Positions 1-11,861 of a stretch of DNA of 64,000 nt are shown piece after piece. How positions within the stretch are numbered: the stretch's first letter is position 1; every line of letters starts with the position of its first letter. The notes beneath the pieces are model-generated. The model was not told the DNA's origin. It searched no databases and saw only the letters and a program-made list of their open reading frames with translations. Both the position numbers and the translations under genes were made by a program. The DNA is from Somniosus microcephalus. Its lineage: Eukaryota. Location of the stretch: contig CM126203.1 in assembly GCA_052327205.1 (NCBI GenBank), forward strand, positions 322,090,001 to 322,154,000. The letters run 5' to 3'.

Positions 1-599
1 TTCTTAAGGACTGGTTATGATTAGGACATTATTCCATCAGCATTTGTGACACTTTGAAAGTCTTGCAATAATTTTCCTTGCCTACTGTCAGTCACTAACA
101 TCTGCTTTAGAGGTAGCAGTGACACTTGTGAAAATCTGGCTCCTGCTAGTCAAGTCTATACCCTTTAGGTTTTTACAGTGAATTTTCTGCAGATGTAATA
201 AGAATGCCAGTGCCAATTTGTACCTATTTGACCTTCAAGGCAAACTGCTTGTCCGAAGTGACCGGACTGACCTCCTGAGAAACATTATACCGTTTTACTT
301 AAATCTAAGCCATTATAATTAGAGCTGGGACTGTCTTATTTAAAATTTAGAAAGAAACTATCTATTTTAGTATAACTGGTTTGAAGGTATTCTTAACCCA
401 ATGCATCTCTTTTCCGCTGGCTGTATTCTGTAGTCATAGTTATGAGGGTGATATCCATACATGGTACTATTGTGGAGCTCGAGACTGTACCATTTTAAGG
501 AATCCTATTGTATTAATAGAATTCTGTCTCCAGAATTAGTTGTATTGTGGTCAATGGCCCATCAAAAATAAACAGCTGCTCAATAAACCTTAAATTACT

Positions 600-725
600 T
601 AAATAAAAACAGAAAATGCAGGAAATACACAGCAAATGGATCAGCATTTGAAGCAGAAAGACAGGATTTCATTTCAGTTGTAACGCTTCAGCATTTTCTG
701 TTCACACTTCAGGTTTCCAGTTTTC
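600..725. mobile_element. Degraded Penelope-derived repeat
   Basis: aaacagaaaatgcaggaaatacacagca... plus an inverted cagcattttctg; same family as 950-1095. Confidence 0.5.
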
Positions 726-949
726 AAAGTCTTTACCTCTGTTATATTCTGTTGAATTGAATTTAGTGTATTCCTCTATATCATGTATCTGTGCTGCTCA
801 CAGCAAAGCCTGTCAATCATGTTACAGTGCGTACCAGGAATCATAGGAAGATTGTAATATGCAGGACTGCTTATATTACACAGAATATCTAAAAAAAGTG
901 ACCTCTACTCAGGGTAAAGTAAAACAAAAAGGAGGAAAAGTTAGTTGAG

Positions 950-1095
950 TCTGAGAAACAAAGCTGACGAAGGGTCATCGACCTGAAACGTTAGCTCTGT
1001 TTCTCTCTCCACAGATGCTGCCTGACCTGCTGAGTATTTCCAGCATTTTCTGTTTTTAGATCAGATTTCCAGCATCTGCAGTATTTTGCTTTTGA
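950..1095 (+). mobile_element. Penelope-like element terminal repeat with minimal hammerhead motif
   Basis: CTGACGA-A-GGGTC-ATC-GACCT-GAAAC-GTT followed by the family tail ctctccacagatgctgcctgacctgctgagtatttccagcattttctg. Confidence 0.7.
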
Positions 1096-1099
1096 CTAA

Positions 1100-1978
1100 G
1101 TTATGGTCCATTATGGTCCATCTAGCCAGTCCCCAAAATATCATATACTACTCTATCTCTCATACCCTTCAATCACTTTCTCTGTCACATAAAACCAGTT
1201 TCTTCTTCAATTTACAACACTATCTTCCTCCATTGTCCCTGGGCAGTCTGTTCCACATATTCACCACCATCTGGGTAAAGTAGTTCAATCTAAACTGTCT
1301 CTTTACCCTGAGCTTGTGTGCATGCCACCTTTGCTGTAGTGTTTGTGGTTATGTCAAACATATTATGAGGATTCAACTTACCCAATTACTGTTAATGATA
1401 TTAATGGACAACGATTTAACATGCTCCCATGACATTCTCCTGTCCACTATTTTAATGCATATGTTAACCTGTTTAAAACATGTTAACACCTCTGTTAAAA
1501 TAGCACTGAGATTATATTAACGTACTAAGCATTCATCTGCTAATATCACCTATAGTCATTTCAACGCTCTATAGTCTTTAGAATTTTGAACACCTCAATA
1601 AGGTCTCCAGTTTCTGTAGCCTCTCCTTAAAACTCAGGTTACCTTATCCAAGGTATCAATTCCCCTTCGCTGCACCCTCTCCAATGAAGAATGGTAACTA
1701 GAATTGTACAAACTATTCCAGATGTAGTTAGTTACGTGCTTTGTACACATTTGTTATCACTTCCTAAGACTTATGCTCTATCCCTCTGATTCTATAACCT
1801 AAAGTCTTGATTACTTTATTTACTGTTGCCACACACAACGCCGATGGTTTTAGGTAGCTAACCGCAAGTAGCCCCGGATCCCTCTCCTGCATTGCGTAGA
1901 ATAATACCATTTAGCTTATAGCCCTATGCCATATTCCCCTTCCTCAGTCTCATCACTTTGCATTTATACATATTAAAC
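1100..1978 (-). mobile_element. Old degraded CR1 LINE 3' fragment (resumes at ~3111-3210)
   Basis: Reverse complement shows decayed CR1 RT/C-terminal motifs (..FN..KCKVM; ..LE...QF..P); the sequence is contiguous across the 1990-3099 insertion. Confidence 0.6.
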
Positions 1979-1989
1979 AACATCTACTA

Positions 1990-3099
1990 CTTCGATAGCA
2001 AAATACTGCAGATGCTGGAAATCCAAAATAACAACAGAAAATGCTGGAAAAACTCAGCAGGCCAGGCAACATCCGTGGAGAGAAATAGAATCAATGGGGT
2101 CAATTTTCCTGAAGCCGTCAGGCGGGGTTTCAGGCATGTGGGGGGGGGGGAAATCCCGATTTTGGGGGTCCCGACACCATCCCGTCCAAAACCCGCCTCC
2201 ACGTAAGTTTCAGGGGAGGCGGGTACCCGCCCCGCACTGGGACCCGCCGACCCGAGGCGGGAAGGGATTAGTGCCAATTAACTGCCTGTTAACAGGTAGT
2301 TAACAGGCAGTTTTTAGCCGAATCCCTATTTTGAGGGGTGTCGTGTGGGATTCCCGACGGCTCCAAACCACGCCAGGTTAGAGCAGGCGGGCCCTCGGGT
2401 TGAAGGACTTGGAGGGGTCGCGATGTCGGTGTTCAGGTGAGTGATGGGCGCATGAGTGCAAAGGTAAGTGTGTTTGGTGTGTCTAAAGTGTGTAAAGAAG
2501 TTTAAATTACTTGTACTTACCTTAACAGCCTTTCTTCCTCCAGGCATCGGGAGTCCATCACTCAGCCGGCACTGAAAGCAAAATGGCTGCGAGCTGTCAA
2601 AAGTGACAGCCTTCAACTTTCATTGCCGGTGAGACTTCTAGCTGAGTCTGTGTAGAAGGACTCAGGTTAGAAGTCAGACTGTCAGTGTTTGACAGATGAA
2701 ATTTCAGTCTGTGACGTCACCTGTTGCTGGGTGGCCCTTAATTGGCCTGCTGAGCCCGTTGGGCGGGCTTAACAAGATCAATCAAGGGAAAATCACGTGG
2801 ATTGGCCGAATGTCGACGTAGGCGGGACTAAAACCCGAAAGTTGTAGTCCCGCTTCCTTCCCGACAGCTTTATGAAAATCTACCCCAATGTTTCAGGTCG
2901 AAACCCTTTATCAAGACTGAAGAAGCACAGGAAATGATCAGATTAAAAGACCAGTTTGGGGACTGGTCTTTTAATCTGATCATTTCCTGTGCTTCTTCAG
3001 TCTTGACAAAGGGTTTCGACCTGAAACGTTGACTTTATTTCTCTCTCCACGGATGTTGCCTGGCCTGCTGAGTTTTTCTAGCATTTTCTGTTGTTATTT
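1990..3099. mobile_element. Palindromic (inverted) Penelope-derived insertion with an 11-bp TSD
   Basis: Arms ~2026-2095 plus 2890-2955 versus 2962-3099 are near-perfect inverted repeats around a 6-nt loop TTGGGG. Flanked by aacatctacta (1979-1989) and aacatcaacta (3100-3110). Confidence 0.75.
2096..2886. mobile_element. Non-autonomous DNA transposon (PIF/Harbinger-like MITE)
   Basis: Imperfect TIRs GGGGTCAATTTTCCTGAAGCCGTC / GGGGTAGATTTTCATAAAGCTGTC; 3-bp TSD AAT at 2093-2095 and 2887-2889; GC- and CpG-rich interior. Confidence 0.8.
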
Positions 3100-3414
3100 A
3101 ACATCAACTATTTGTCAGGTCAATTTCTTAATATATCCAAAGCCCTTTGTTATTGTTCCATTTTATTTACAACCCCCAGTCTGGTCTCATCAGAAAACTT
3201 AGCCAGTTTTGTTTATTAGACTCAACTAACTTTTCCTCCTTTTGTTTTGCTTTAACCTGAGAGGCGGTCCCTGGTTTTAGATTTTCTGTGTGATCTGTCT
3301 AACCAGAACTGAGTATTTCATGGAAACTTCTGTTATAGGAGGAAACAAACCATCACTTTTCTCCCCTCCCCTCCCGAAGGCTGATTCACCCTGCCAAATA
3401 GTTCAACGGCTCCT

Positions 3415-3722
3415 AGCTTCCCCCTGGTACCTCACACAAGTGGCTATTCTTAGGCAGTTCGTGTTGGTATGCTGCATGATCATGGGGATGCATTGTAGCC
3501 AAGTCTGATTCTGCCTTCACCTGACATCCACACACATGTGCTTTCCAGCAGGAGTTACTAGGCTGCAATTAAGAGTGGGAAACTGGCTGATGTGCTGCTC
3601 ATTTTGGCACTCTCTACTGCTCCCCAGTTGAGATCAGCTAATTCAGCACAGACCAAAGATTGAACTGGGATCTTCCTGGCCAGTATCTTCCTATACCAGT
3701 CTTATTCATTGAGCCACCAGGA
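3415..3722 (-). mobile_element. Old tRNA-derived SINE
   Basis: Degenerate tRNA-like head at the right end; body (..ttccagca..agatcagctaattcagcacaga) shared with 16190-16470; 3' part similar to 4395-4490. Confidence 0.55.
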
Positions 3723-4642
3723 GAGCAGCAGGATAATGCTTAATGTTCACTTTAGAAAATACAGTTCTGTTTATTTGGGTGAGTCAGCGAGTAAAAAGTT
3801 TTAACATTATAATTTGACATTAAATTACATATTGCAATAAATCATAACAACTGCAATTCAAAAGTGGTCTCTTCACATAACGAATTGGACAATTTGCTTT
3901 AATTATGTGTTTCATTGCAAAATGGCACTTGTAAAATTGCTAAAGAAGGTTTTGTTTTATTTCATTCCACTGATCATGCACAAAAGGTTCAGTGTACCAT
4001 GAGAATCATGCTCCTTATCCCACATTGTTGTTACGGAGAAACGGAATTCCCTGGGTGCTCAGCTAAGTATCGTGCTATCCCCATTAGACTTGTCTCATGA
4101 ATCTTAAATGGTCTGTGGCACTACTCTCACTGTCCCATTAAAGACAGAACCGGACTGCAACATGTAGCCCTATCCCACAGCTGTTTTAGTGATTTTATCA
4201 GATAGGTAGAACAGATGTCAGAAATTGAAGTAGAAAGCATGATACAAGAACAACAGAAAACAGTAACACAGGCAAGATGCTATGAAGGATGAAGAAAACA
4301 TGCAAACCATCTTGACACATCTGTAGGTATTAGAAGAACCAGTCATAGCAAATTTATGTTTAGTACCAAAAGATACTCTCCTCCTGGCCAGGTACAGTAA
4401 CATAGGCACAGTCTATTAGTCTGCCTCACTATCTAGACTCATTCATGAAGAATGGCATTTGGGCATCCTGGAGGGCAACTGTGCCACAACATGAGTCAGC
4501 ACCTTTTGAGGAAGGAAGGAAACTGGGAAAATAGTGAAGGGAAATACATGTGTCTTAAACTGACAAGAGAGGAAAAAATAAGTACAATGGTGAGCATATT
4601 AGTGATCAAGGCACAGAAAACCATACCTAGTAGGGATACAAT

Positions 4643-4827
4643 GGGGGTAATTTTAATCTATCCCATAAGGTGGGAAACCCACCGGATTAGATGGAACACC
4701 AGTTCACACTCTGCCCAATATTACTCCATTGACTACAATGGAGAGTAAAATTGGGCTGGGTGTAAAACTAGCATTGCACCCGATCCCGCCAGTTTCCCTA
4801 CGGGCAGGTTAGATTAAAGCTGCCCCC
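4643..4827. mobile_element. Short palindromic MITE (Harbinger-like)
   Basis: TIRs GGGGGTAATTTTAATCTA / GGGGGCAGCTTTAATCTA; TSD AAT at 4640-4642 and 4828-4830; central hairpin ctccattgactacaatggag. Confidence 0.75.
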
Positions 4828-4999
4828 AATGTGTTTTCCCGAGAGGTTGAAAAACAGCCATCACTGCAGCCTTTGAATGCGTTGTAATCAGCCATTCTTG
4901 TAAGTGTTAGAGCAATAGAACACCAGCATTCTCAACAATTGTCACATATTGTTTACTGAAGCCCTGTAGAATTGGATTTAAGCAAAATGCAAAAAACTA

Positions 5000-7900
5000 A
5001 ATCCTGGCATGCATTAGTCAATAATAATTAACTCCCTTTCACTCAGTATTGATTAATACACAAACAACCTTTGCATCAACTCACATCTCCTATTATGTTC
5101 TTCATACCTTTAAAATTATAAGGAAAACAATCAAACCTTTTGGTTTAAAAGCATTTAGTGAGATTTGAAACCAAAATCTTGTCCCAAGTTAAATTTGAAA
5201 AAAAAAGTATCAGAAATGTATTTTTTATACACTGAGTCACTCTTTTGTCCTGTGGAAGAACACTAATAGCTTTCTGGAAGAGAAAAAAACATATAATCAA
5301 ACATCAGCTGACTGTCTCTCCTCTGGTCCAAACTTATGTACCCCATCCTCATCTTTGGCAAATAAATAACAAAACAAAGTCACCTCCCTCTTGATCAGAT
5401 CGACCAAGAGCTCTAGCTATAAACATCCACACATCAGAAATTCTACCTTATAACTGAATTAATTCTGTTTGGGTGTTTTCTTGATCTGGAAAATGCTTTC
5501 TCTCACTATTGTAATGTCCGACTGTTGAAAGCCATTGTAAGTGGCAGTAGTGTGGTTTGAAGGATCCTATTAGTTGTGTGCAGGATTTGACTTTTTGTTT
5601 ACGCTAAGTCCTATTTTTGATTTGTTTTTAAATTGACACATCAACCCATCCCAATCCCTGTGCGCCAACTTTTCCAGTGTATTCAATTCAACTGCGTTTG
5701 CTTTCACAGTCCAATATATACACAACTGTTCCACAATGTCTAACAAATAACAGGCTCTCATGCATAAATAAAATCTATTTTTAAAAAAGAGAAAAAAAAT
5801 CTATTTTCTTAAATTAAAAAATATTACTCTCGATAATCACAATGCATCACCTTTGCTAAATTTTTACAACCTCATGCATAAAATTATAGCACTGTTTGGC
5901 AGTTGCTAATTTTAACACTACACTTTTAACACATAACAATTAGTCAATAAGTCTATGTAGGACAATGTGGAAATAAACGCATTTTAAACACACACACACA
6001 CACACAAAGGAAAAAAAACAACGGATTGTTTCTTCAGAATATGAAAACTGTAAACTTTGGGCTCGTTCTGCAACTTTCCCAAATTCCATGAAACATTTAC
6101 AATCCTTTCATAAGCGCACCTGTCACCTATTACAAAAATCACAACTTAAAACGTATAAAGCTTTTTTTATATCATAGTTACAGTTACCAAAAAACGAGTG
6201 AATAATTTATTACATATGCTATAATAACATCACCCTAGACACTATTATCTATGAGGTATATCTGAGAAAATTCGGTAAGGAATGCACGGTCTGCGCTGCC
6301 AACCTACTCAATCAGTTCTTTTTTTTTAAAGCTTTGGTATCTTAAAGAGAAAGAGAAGATAGAGATTGAGATAGAGAGAAAACTTTGGTATCTTTGTTTA
6401 GTTCTTTGCATGGTTGCATTGCAAAGCACCACAGTATAGCGGCTCACCAGCAATAAAAAAATTGGTGGCCTTTTCGAAGCTGAGGTATTCACAGGAATAA
6501 AAAAATGCACAGAGGTCTAGGAACTGGAAAGAAACACCGCTTTGGTTCAAGCAAGGCACTCGTCCCGTGGTTTATCACACTTTGCAACTAAAGCGTGCAT
6601 CTAGATTTTAGTTTTTTTTTTTAAGTACAGGTATTTTGGTAATGGTGGCCACTGATTCAGGATGTGTATTTATTTATTTTTTCTGTGCATTCCTAAATGG
6701 GATATGATTTGGGCATATTACAGCTACCAAAGACCTAAAACATCAGACAATCTAGGCACTGGTTTGGTTTGACATAATCTGAGTACATATAAATTCAACT
6801 GAATGCAAATTAATCTTTCCAGCCTTCTTCTCTAAATATCAGTAAAAATGTCATGACTTTGGTAACATTACATGGCAGAATTTTTTTTCTTCCCCTGGGC
6901 TGCAAAAATAAGCTGATTAACTAAAGTTTGCGAGAGTACATTTTATACGAATAGATTGAAAGAAATTTTAATACACTAAAAAAAACCTTGTGTAGCTTGT
7001 TATGAAGTAAACTTGAATTATCTATTAGTACCACTGTAATTATTGATCCAGCAGGTTTTATATAAGTATATAGGGAGAAGAGTGCTATTTAAAATAGCAA
7101 GCAAAGCACAAGTGCTTTAATTAACTCAAAGCTCCCTATTAGATCATAAGGAACTGCTGGAAGATTCAATTTAGGCAGTGGTATTTGGTTCACTATATGA
7201 AATGTTTTAATATTCATTTCAGGGTTTTTTTTTCCTGCTGAAATTTGAGATTTATTCACTGAGTATTATTATTTTCTCATCTAGATTTTTTTCAAGAATT
7301 TGTATTCTTGAATCTAAAGACCTTTAACAGGACCTAAATAATTGCTGGTCAACCAATCTCAGATTTTTTAGGATTTAAATTGACATTGTACTAATTAACT
7401 ATAAATCAGGCCCCATATTATAATGACTGAACTAACTTTAGACAGGGGGATGTTTGCATTTAGATTAGAGAAAACAGCTGTGTGTTAGACAGTGCTAGAT
7501 GAAACAATCTGAGTGGCACCATAGCAACTGAATCTGCCATGTTTACCAACTCACCTTGCTATTATATGAGAATATTAACACACCCTATATTGAGGTAACA
7601 ATTATTCTCTTTAATTATGTGTTACCTGGGTCCTGTTAGTAGATTTTACTAATTTTAGTTTAGAAAGGACAGAATTCTGTAAAACAGCATCTCCATACAG
7701 TGAAATATTAATTATTTTAAATATACTCCAATCAAAACTGCTGCATATTTTAGATCTATATTTATCACAATAAACACAATACAGCAAAATGCTGGTGACA
7801 TTAGCTTTTTTTAAAATAATTGACCACAAGTACAAAAATTACTAAACATAGTACATTTGGTTTCTTGATGATGGATTCTAATAAGGAAATTGTCTTTTTA

Positions 7901-10900
7901 CAGCACAGAAAAAACACACATTTAGAATGAGTGCAGACCACCATTTAGATCTTTGGGGTATCTGAGTTGCAGCTGTATTTAGGAGACAGTCTATACATGA
8001 GCAGGAGCAAAACGCAGACCGTGCAGAGAAAGAAATCTTTGGTATCTTTGGTATCATCGACGCGATTAAAATTACAAATGGAAAAATTCAGTGAGGTAGC
8101 CTCTTTGGTTCTCACTAGAAGTAGAAAGAGCTTTTACACATAGTTCATACCTGGAAGCAGCGAGTTCAGGGTTTTTTTTTCTGTCTCTTGTCACTAACGC
8201 TAAAGACTTCTTCACAATCGAAAGAAGCTGTCTAAAGCCATTTGGACACAGGGCTAAACAATGGTGGAAAGATCATTAAAGTATTTCCTGTTGTGTATTC
8301 ACTTTCCCATCAGTACATGCTGTATTGTTCCATATAAAATCATTGCTTGTCCATGTTATTACTAATAAGACTGAAGGGATATCTTTCAGTGCTTATAGTG
8401 GGATAATTCTTTGGCATTGAAAATTGAGAATAAAAGATGCAGCGCTTAAAGGTGCTAAAATCCAAAAATAGATAATGATAATGAAAACATGTTGAGATAT
8501 TGGCTCAGGTAGTTTCTGCACAGAAAGCATAATGTTCAACTATTACAGGATGCCTATTAGTACAATTTAGAAAATCTAAATCTCCAATTCTCTTCTATGA
8601 ATTTACAGGATGCAGAATTGGACTTGTGTTAGATGTATATTTATGCACTTGCAATTTTACTCCCAGCGGTAATTTGTATTTGTTCTAATAAAATACAAAA
8701 GAAAATCAATCAAAGTTAAAGGAATTAACTTCTTCTGCTTTATAAAGTAAGCAGACAATGTGATAACTAGAGGCCATTTGAAGCACTGCATCTTTCATTT
8801 TAAATACATTTATAGTATTTGATAAATAAGAGAAAAATCACTGTTTAAATATATAGTTCACAATAAATACCCCAAATAATACAAATAATAATAATAAAGC
8901 TAATATAGCTTTTTGATTTCTAAACTACAGTCAAAAGCACTTTAAAAATTTACGAACTTGTTTAGAAATCAACTTTTGTTAATTAAATCACTTACATGGC
9001 ATATGGGTATTGTGACTAGCAATGAAAATATCACTGTCAACTATCTGAACTTGTTACCACAATACGGCATATTTCTAACATCTGAGTTCATACAAAACAA
9101 TAAGAGCCACACAGGGAAAGTACTGTCATTCTCTCTGTGGGGGTCAACCTTCAGTTTGCTGGTCCAACTGGTTTGGTTTCTTTGGATATAGCTTTGTTTA
9201 AGGATATAAGCTTCCACATTCCTGGATAAAGCTATTGGACTACAGTATACCAATACTGCACTGTCTTCTTTTTGTAAAATTATCGTAGATTTCCTGATGT
9301 TCTTGAAAGTTGAACTCGTCTTGGACGTGCGCAGGGACTCCATGCACAAGATGCTGAGCTTAACGTCTATCAACGCACAATGAATAAAAAACTCATAGAA
9401 TACTTAGGTTAAAGTATAAATGATACACTAGCGACTGTAATCATTTACTAAGTTCACTAACAAACATCACCAATGGACTCTTTTGTGCTTAAGATGAAGA
9501 GTGAACTTTTAAAAATCTATGGATCAATTGAATCTGGACCTTTTAAAATAAATAATTATCATGTCAACATTTCAAAATAAAAAGTTTATACATTTTAAAC
9601 TAGATATACAATACAAGTAAAATAATTTGGAATATATTAATATTGTATGAACTGCATTAATTTACGATAGACTAATCATCAAAATTATTAATGATAGGTT
9701 AAAGTTCACTTAAATTATCCAACTTGAGACTTGATAACCATTGGCTATGTTGAATGCTTGTTAAATGCATATGGCTAAAATCAGACACCACAGTAATGCT
9801 TAGTAACTAATGTAATGCAATATACAGTTTGCAAACACTCCCATATTTAGTTACCTTTACCGAGCTATGGGAATGGGTTGCTATCTTTGGTAGAGGTGTT
9901 TAATCTGCACCCTAACATCTTGTGCTTGGAGACATTTGGATCCATTTGTTGGTATCCTGTTCCATTGGAATTGCTAATTAGGAGGAAATTGTGATACTGA
10001 GTGGGCATTTCCCTCTCTCAATAAGACGAACATTGAAAGACAGGCCAACAGTGCCAACAGCACTCAACTGTAATGCATAAAAACTACAAAACAGATCCAT
10101 GTCTCTGTGAAGCTGACTTTGGTTGAAGCGGAAGAGGTTTTCTGTTGTTCTGTACAACGTTTCTCAAAAACTGCATAGGCACACGTTAAAGACAATATTC
10201 AACTTTAAGAGGCGGAGAGTGTCGTCAAATGAAGCAGCAATGATCCGTGGCATTGCTCCCTTGTTGTTGCTACTTTGCTTGTTAACCCTTTCGTAACTCT
10301 GCTTCCCAAAACGACTAAGACATCCATTGAAACACAGTGCGTACGTTGTTTCCTGACGTGCTTCTTTTGTTTACAAGTTTGTTGCAGAACAATTAGGTGC
10401 AGAAAAAAGTTTCTTTGGTTTCGATTTAATAATAAATAGAAAAAAAAGTATCAAGTGTCTTCACGAGAGTCTTTAAAGCCTTTGGCTTGCCTTTGAACAC
10501 GTCAATGGTGTTCTTAAAGGGCCCGTTCAGTGGTGAATGTGCACATGTAGGAAGAAGGTGTATTGATGCCTAGTTTTAGGAAAAAATAAAACTATTTAAT
10601 GTTTGTGCTTCTGCACTCACCATGGGCAGCCCCCTTTACACGGGCTACTCAGTGCGTTTGCAGTATTAAACCAGTGTTGCCCAAGAATAGAATCTAAGTG
10701 TGTGAATGCATAGTAATCTACAACTAATAAGACAAACAATATGTGCTTCTCCTGCAGCAAACAGCTGCCTTCACGACCGAATGCTCCTGATAGCTTCTGA
10801 AAACAAAAACAAAACAGACCATATGATTGGACATTACAGAATAACGCGGATTTGGTGATTGGGAGGAATGTGCTTGAAGGTTGTGCTTGCATTCCCACCA

Positions 10901-11568
10901 CTAGCAGCTCCACCCAAGGGGTGGCTCTAGCGGTGAGGGCACGTTTACTAGCATCATTCAAGATTCGTGTCGTGTTGCGCGGACGCAGGACTGAAAATCT
11001 CCGGAAATGCCTTTGATATTTTGTGCTTGCCTACTCACCGCTAGCAGCCCATTCTTAAACAGCCTGGTTAGTGATGAGATAGCATGATTGTACAAATGTT
11101 CTCCAATAATTCTATTGAGGTTCCTTTTTTTAAAAAAAAACCGCTCAAAATGAACGTCACTTACTGTCAGTGTCTGTGCCAGTTTCACCGCATCAAAAAT
11201 CATTGTGTAGCTACCAGAAACTGACAATTGAAGCAACTCACAACTGAACTTATTGTGTCACAATTATCTTCAGGCAAAGCACTAGACATATTGCTCAGCA
11301 ACACAGCTCGATGTGCTCTGCCTGATAACGTCGGAAAATTCACCAAATAGGCTCTCGGCTTAGTTGTCAGTTTACAGCAAGGGCTCAAATGATTTAGGGA
11401 GAAATCTTAAATGCCAGACACTTTCAAATAAGTGCCGTCCCTTTTTTTTTAAAAGTGTGTTGATGAAGATTGTGCTTATGCACTCACCACTGAACAGCCT
11501 CTTCAAAAAGCAAAAAAAAAGAAAGAAAAGGTGTTGAGTTGTGCCCAGTTCAGGTGCACTGTCCTCAA
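5000..11568 (-). other. ONECUT2: Long ONECUT2 3'UTR (distal end uncertain)
   Basis: TE-free AT-rich sequence downstream of the stop, packed with miRNA seed matches. Candidate AATAAA (TTTATT on +) at 7251-7256, 6206-6211 and 3770-3775. Mammalian ONECUT2 is known for a very long 3'UTR. Confidence 0.7.
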
Positions 11569-11861
11569 TCATGCTTTGGTACAAGTGCTTGAGGTCGACG
11601 ATGAAGCGCCTGGGCTCGACATGGCTTCGTCCTGCCATTTGTCCAAGCTTCGCCTCCGGGCGTTCATAAAGAAATTACTGACGGTGGTCAACTCCAGACC
11701 GAGCTGTTGCGAGATTGTGATCTGCATCTCCTTGGAAGGGCGCTTATTTTCCTTGAAAATGGCGAAAAGAGTTCGGCGTTGGAGGTCAGTGAAAACTAGC
11801 CGTGGCTTCTTTGGTGTATTGCTCTTCTCTTTGTTCTGTTCTTGTTCTTTGCGTTTGCACG
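11569..11861 (-). CDS. ONECUT2: ONECUT2 coding exon 2: divergent homeodomain and stop
   Basis: Polypyrimidine tract and CAG acceptor at 11864-11862; G|CG restores ..LRLAACKRKEQE..KKPRLVFTDLQRRTLFAIFKENKRPSKEMQITISQQLGLELTTVSNFFMNARRRS..TCTKA*. F48/M50 are ONECUT-type. 1102+293=1395 nt, 464 aa. Confidence 0.97.

Noticed and set aside
1958-2616. Several short ORFs in a GC-rich block
   Set aside because: Inside a MITE/Penelope nest; no transposase or other recognisable motifs.
8036-8056. miR-9-like text TCTTTGGTATC on the plus strand as a possible miRNA gene
   Set aside because: No full mature sequence and no hairpin with a star arm; better explained as target sites on the minus-strand mRNA.
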